64,000 nucleotides of DNA from Marsupella aquatica (Eukaryota; Plantae; Marchantiophyta): contig OZ316898.1 in assembly GCA_973895155.1 (NCBI GenBank), positions 3,224,480 through 3,288,479 of the forward strand. The letters are read 5' to 3'. This document shows, piece by piece, positions 61,683-64,000 of the stretch (its first letter is position 1; every line of letters starts with the position of its first letter). The notes under the pieces are model-generated. The model was not told the origin of the DNA. It saw nothing but the letters and a program-made list of their open reading frames with translations, and did no database searches. The position numbers were made by a program, and so were the translations under genes.

Positions 61683-64000
61683 TCAAGGCTAATGATCATC
61701 ACGGATTGCAGTTGCAAATACCCATAATATACCACTCTTATCATATACTTCGACTTAGAGAGCACTCAGAATTCGAGATGGAGTTCTCACAGACCTAAGC
61801 CTCGAAACCTGCTAGGTTTATCATCATCGTGCTCACTAGACACAACAAGCGAGCTGAGACCGAAAACACGTAGCAGAAGCAAGACCTCAAGGAAACCCAC
61901 AACGGGGACTGGCCTCATCAAGCTCGAAAATTTCCAGACGTCACGAAATCCACCATTTGAGCTGTTCTCCGGGAGGGAAAGAGCCGAAAGAGATACAGCC
62001 CCACCCTGAACTACAACGGAGGGAAACCAGACAGACCTCGTAACAACAAACAACCACAAACAAATTGCTCACATCTGTAACAACCCAACTGATCGTCCTG
62101 CAACGCCAAATCCTGTATGCTAGATAAACCCGCTCGCCCTCCAGTCCAGTTCCTGGTGAACTGCCACATAGACAACACCGGCTGCGAAGAGAGGCACCTC
62201 AGAATCACAATGAAGTAAGCAGAGGAGTCTGGAAACTGGAGAACGCAAGATTCAGAAGCCTCCGAGACAGAATCGTGAACCGCAGAGACTACACGAAATT
62301 TCTCCCATTGAAAAAGAGCATTCTTCGAGCGAGGATCCCCCCGGATAGAAAAACTTGAGAATTGCGTGAGGATTCCATACAGGAGACACTGCTTCTCAAT
62401 GGGATCATGGGAAGTTTATACTTAATTCCTGAAACGCAGGGGAGCGTTGAAAGTGAATGTAGTGCGGCGCTAGGGTTTAGGGTTTAGGTAGCTTCTCACC
62501 GGGCTTAGGGTTTGGTAGCTTTTCTTCTCCGGACCCTTTGGTTTGGCCATATGGACCCCCAAGTATATATATCAAGACCCCAGTGAGTATATATTACACT
62601 GCCAATAAACAAAAGGCAGCCATATGGACCCAAGTATATATAGCATTGCCAGAAAAACAAAAGACTCCCAGAAATGATCCTTTAATTAGGCAAAAGACCC
62701 AATCAAAGGGAAATAACAAAAAAGCCTAAAAGGCCAGGGAGAGAGAACAAAGGCCCACCACAAAAGCTGCAAATCTCCACCCAAAACACTAAGCATAACA
62801 AACTGTAGAGTTTGGTATTAATGGCTCTTGGGTGAACTGCATGGGAGAGTCAAGCAAGGCTCTAAAATAGACAGCCTCACCCCTACAATGAATGGTGAAT
62901 GCCTGAGCTCTCTGCAACCCAATAGACACCCTTGTCTAAAAATAGGCAGTAGGACTTTGAGAGGGTTTCATGGAAACGTACCTAGAAGGATTTACCCCCA
63001 CTCCCAGCTCCATAATTATCCAAGCTTATTTGAACATCTCTTTTTTACTAGGGTCCCGTAACATTACAGTCCAACTGTGATAAGTGCAATGTGTAGAAGT
63101 GTATTCCACAGCTAAATGCAGACTGACCCTTTCTCTCTTTTGGCTCTTTGGTCATCCTGAGGTTTCTCACTTGCATGCGCACCACCCCCCCCCCCCCCCA
63201 ACCTTTTTTTGGGTCTCCTTCCTTTGGGATCATGTCTCCCATTTGGGCACTTTTTATTCTTTGGCAGTTCAACTTATATTTTTTCCCTTGCGGTTTCATG
63301 TATCTCCTCATCATCCCCTGCTTGTCCTCCAGGGTGTGGGTTTCATGTGGATTCATGTCATCCACTCTTTTTGGTCATACATGTTGGTTACATTTGGTGC
63401 CTTGTCACCTTCTCTTTCAAAAAAAAATATTATATTCTCACTACACAATTGTGATGTGAACCTACTGTTCAAGCCTAAGTTCTAAGTGACGCCTCTAGAT
63501 CATGACGCTGGGGGTGTAACTGAAGCTAGGGGTGCCCATCTAAAATGGGGATTGGGAAAATGGGGATCGGAGGCAGGTGAAGTCTGAAAATTGGGCACCC
63601 TGCAAGGATTCACTGGATACCAGTTGAACCTATTTGTTGAGAAGGCAAAGGCCTTGAAAATAGGTTCCCTTGAATACAGTCACGCTAGTTTAAGTATCTT
63701 GCCATTGAGCCCTCTAGTTGCACTAGTTCTCTCCTTTTTGGGAGCTATTAACTCTCCTTTTGGGAGCTATTGAGAACTCACCGTTTGGGAGCGAATTGAG
63801 AAGGTCTGGAGTCTGGACAGCAGCTGCAGATTGATTGCCTGTCGTGGCTGAATGCCTACCCACCTGCCTTCTGTCGCCTCTGCTTGGGGGTTGTTTTGCT
63901 TTCAAGCTTGGAATGCAGAGCGGATCTTACGGGAGCTGCTAGGGGACCTACCACCTTATCCTTGCCCATCTCACACCAACCCCCAGACATTCCCAGAGAG

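Noticed and set aside
61787-62208. Minus-strand ORFs of 90 and 65 aa
   Set aside because: No recognisable domain; likely decayed repeat or UTR sequence.
62470-62515. TTTAGGG telomere-like repeats (also near 18598 and 37277)
   Set aside because: Only 2-3 units; common interstitial telo-box-like motifs, not a telomere.
63505-64000. Possible LTR start (GGGGG-TGTAAC) running off the window
   Set aside because: No second LTR, PBS or gag/pol sequence is visible to confirm it.

Overview
Eukaryotic, intron-containing plant DNA. Gene content (CYP97B, BAHD, GT47, plant LRR, HSPA12-like Hsp70s) suggests a non-seed land plant, possibly a liverwort; this is inference. The first ~49 kb is a tandem array of one duplicated unit. 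Each unit holds an atypical HSPA12-like Hsp70 gene (minus strand, 2 exons; three intact copies) placed head-to-head with a coiled-coil gene ending in a GIL1/IRKI-type C-terminal domain that resembles the GrpE head (two intact copies; the first Hsp70 has lost its partner). The array is heavily invaded. Insertions include a CYP97B 3'-half pseudogene, a 1.7 kb Helitron, a 6.2 kb long-TIR element and a LINE fragment. The most notable is a 10.5 kb Mutator-like element (17140-27633, 9-bp TSD) with a DDE+SWIM transposase and a divergent 5-exon cargo gene. The cargo joins a ParB/Srx-like domain to a degenerate beta-class N4/N6 DNA-methyltransferase-like domain, and the element's non-coding DNA is seeded with a CTAGCGA-NN-TCGCTAG palindrome. 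The last 14 kb holds an intronless BAHD acyltransferase, a 63-bp repeat ORF, a GT47 (MUR3-like) glycosyltransferase and an LRR pseudogene. The two best candidates for an undescribed system are (1) the MULE with ParB/pseudo-MTase cargo plus parS-like palindromes and (2) the co-duplicated Hsp70/GrpE-like head-to-head pair. All family calls were made by eye from motifs; no searches were run.
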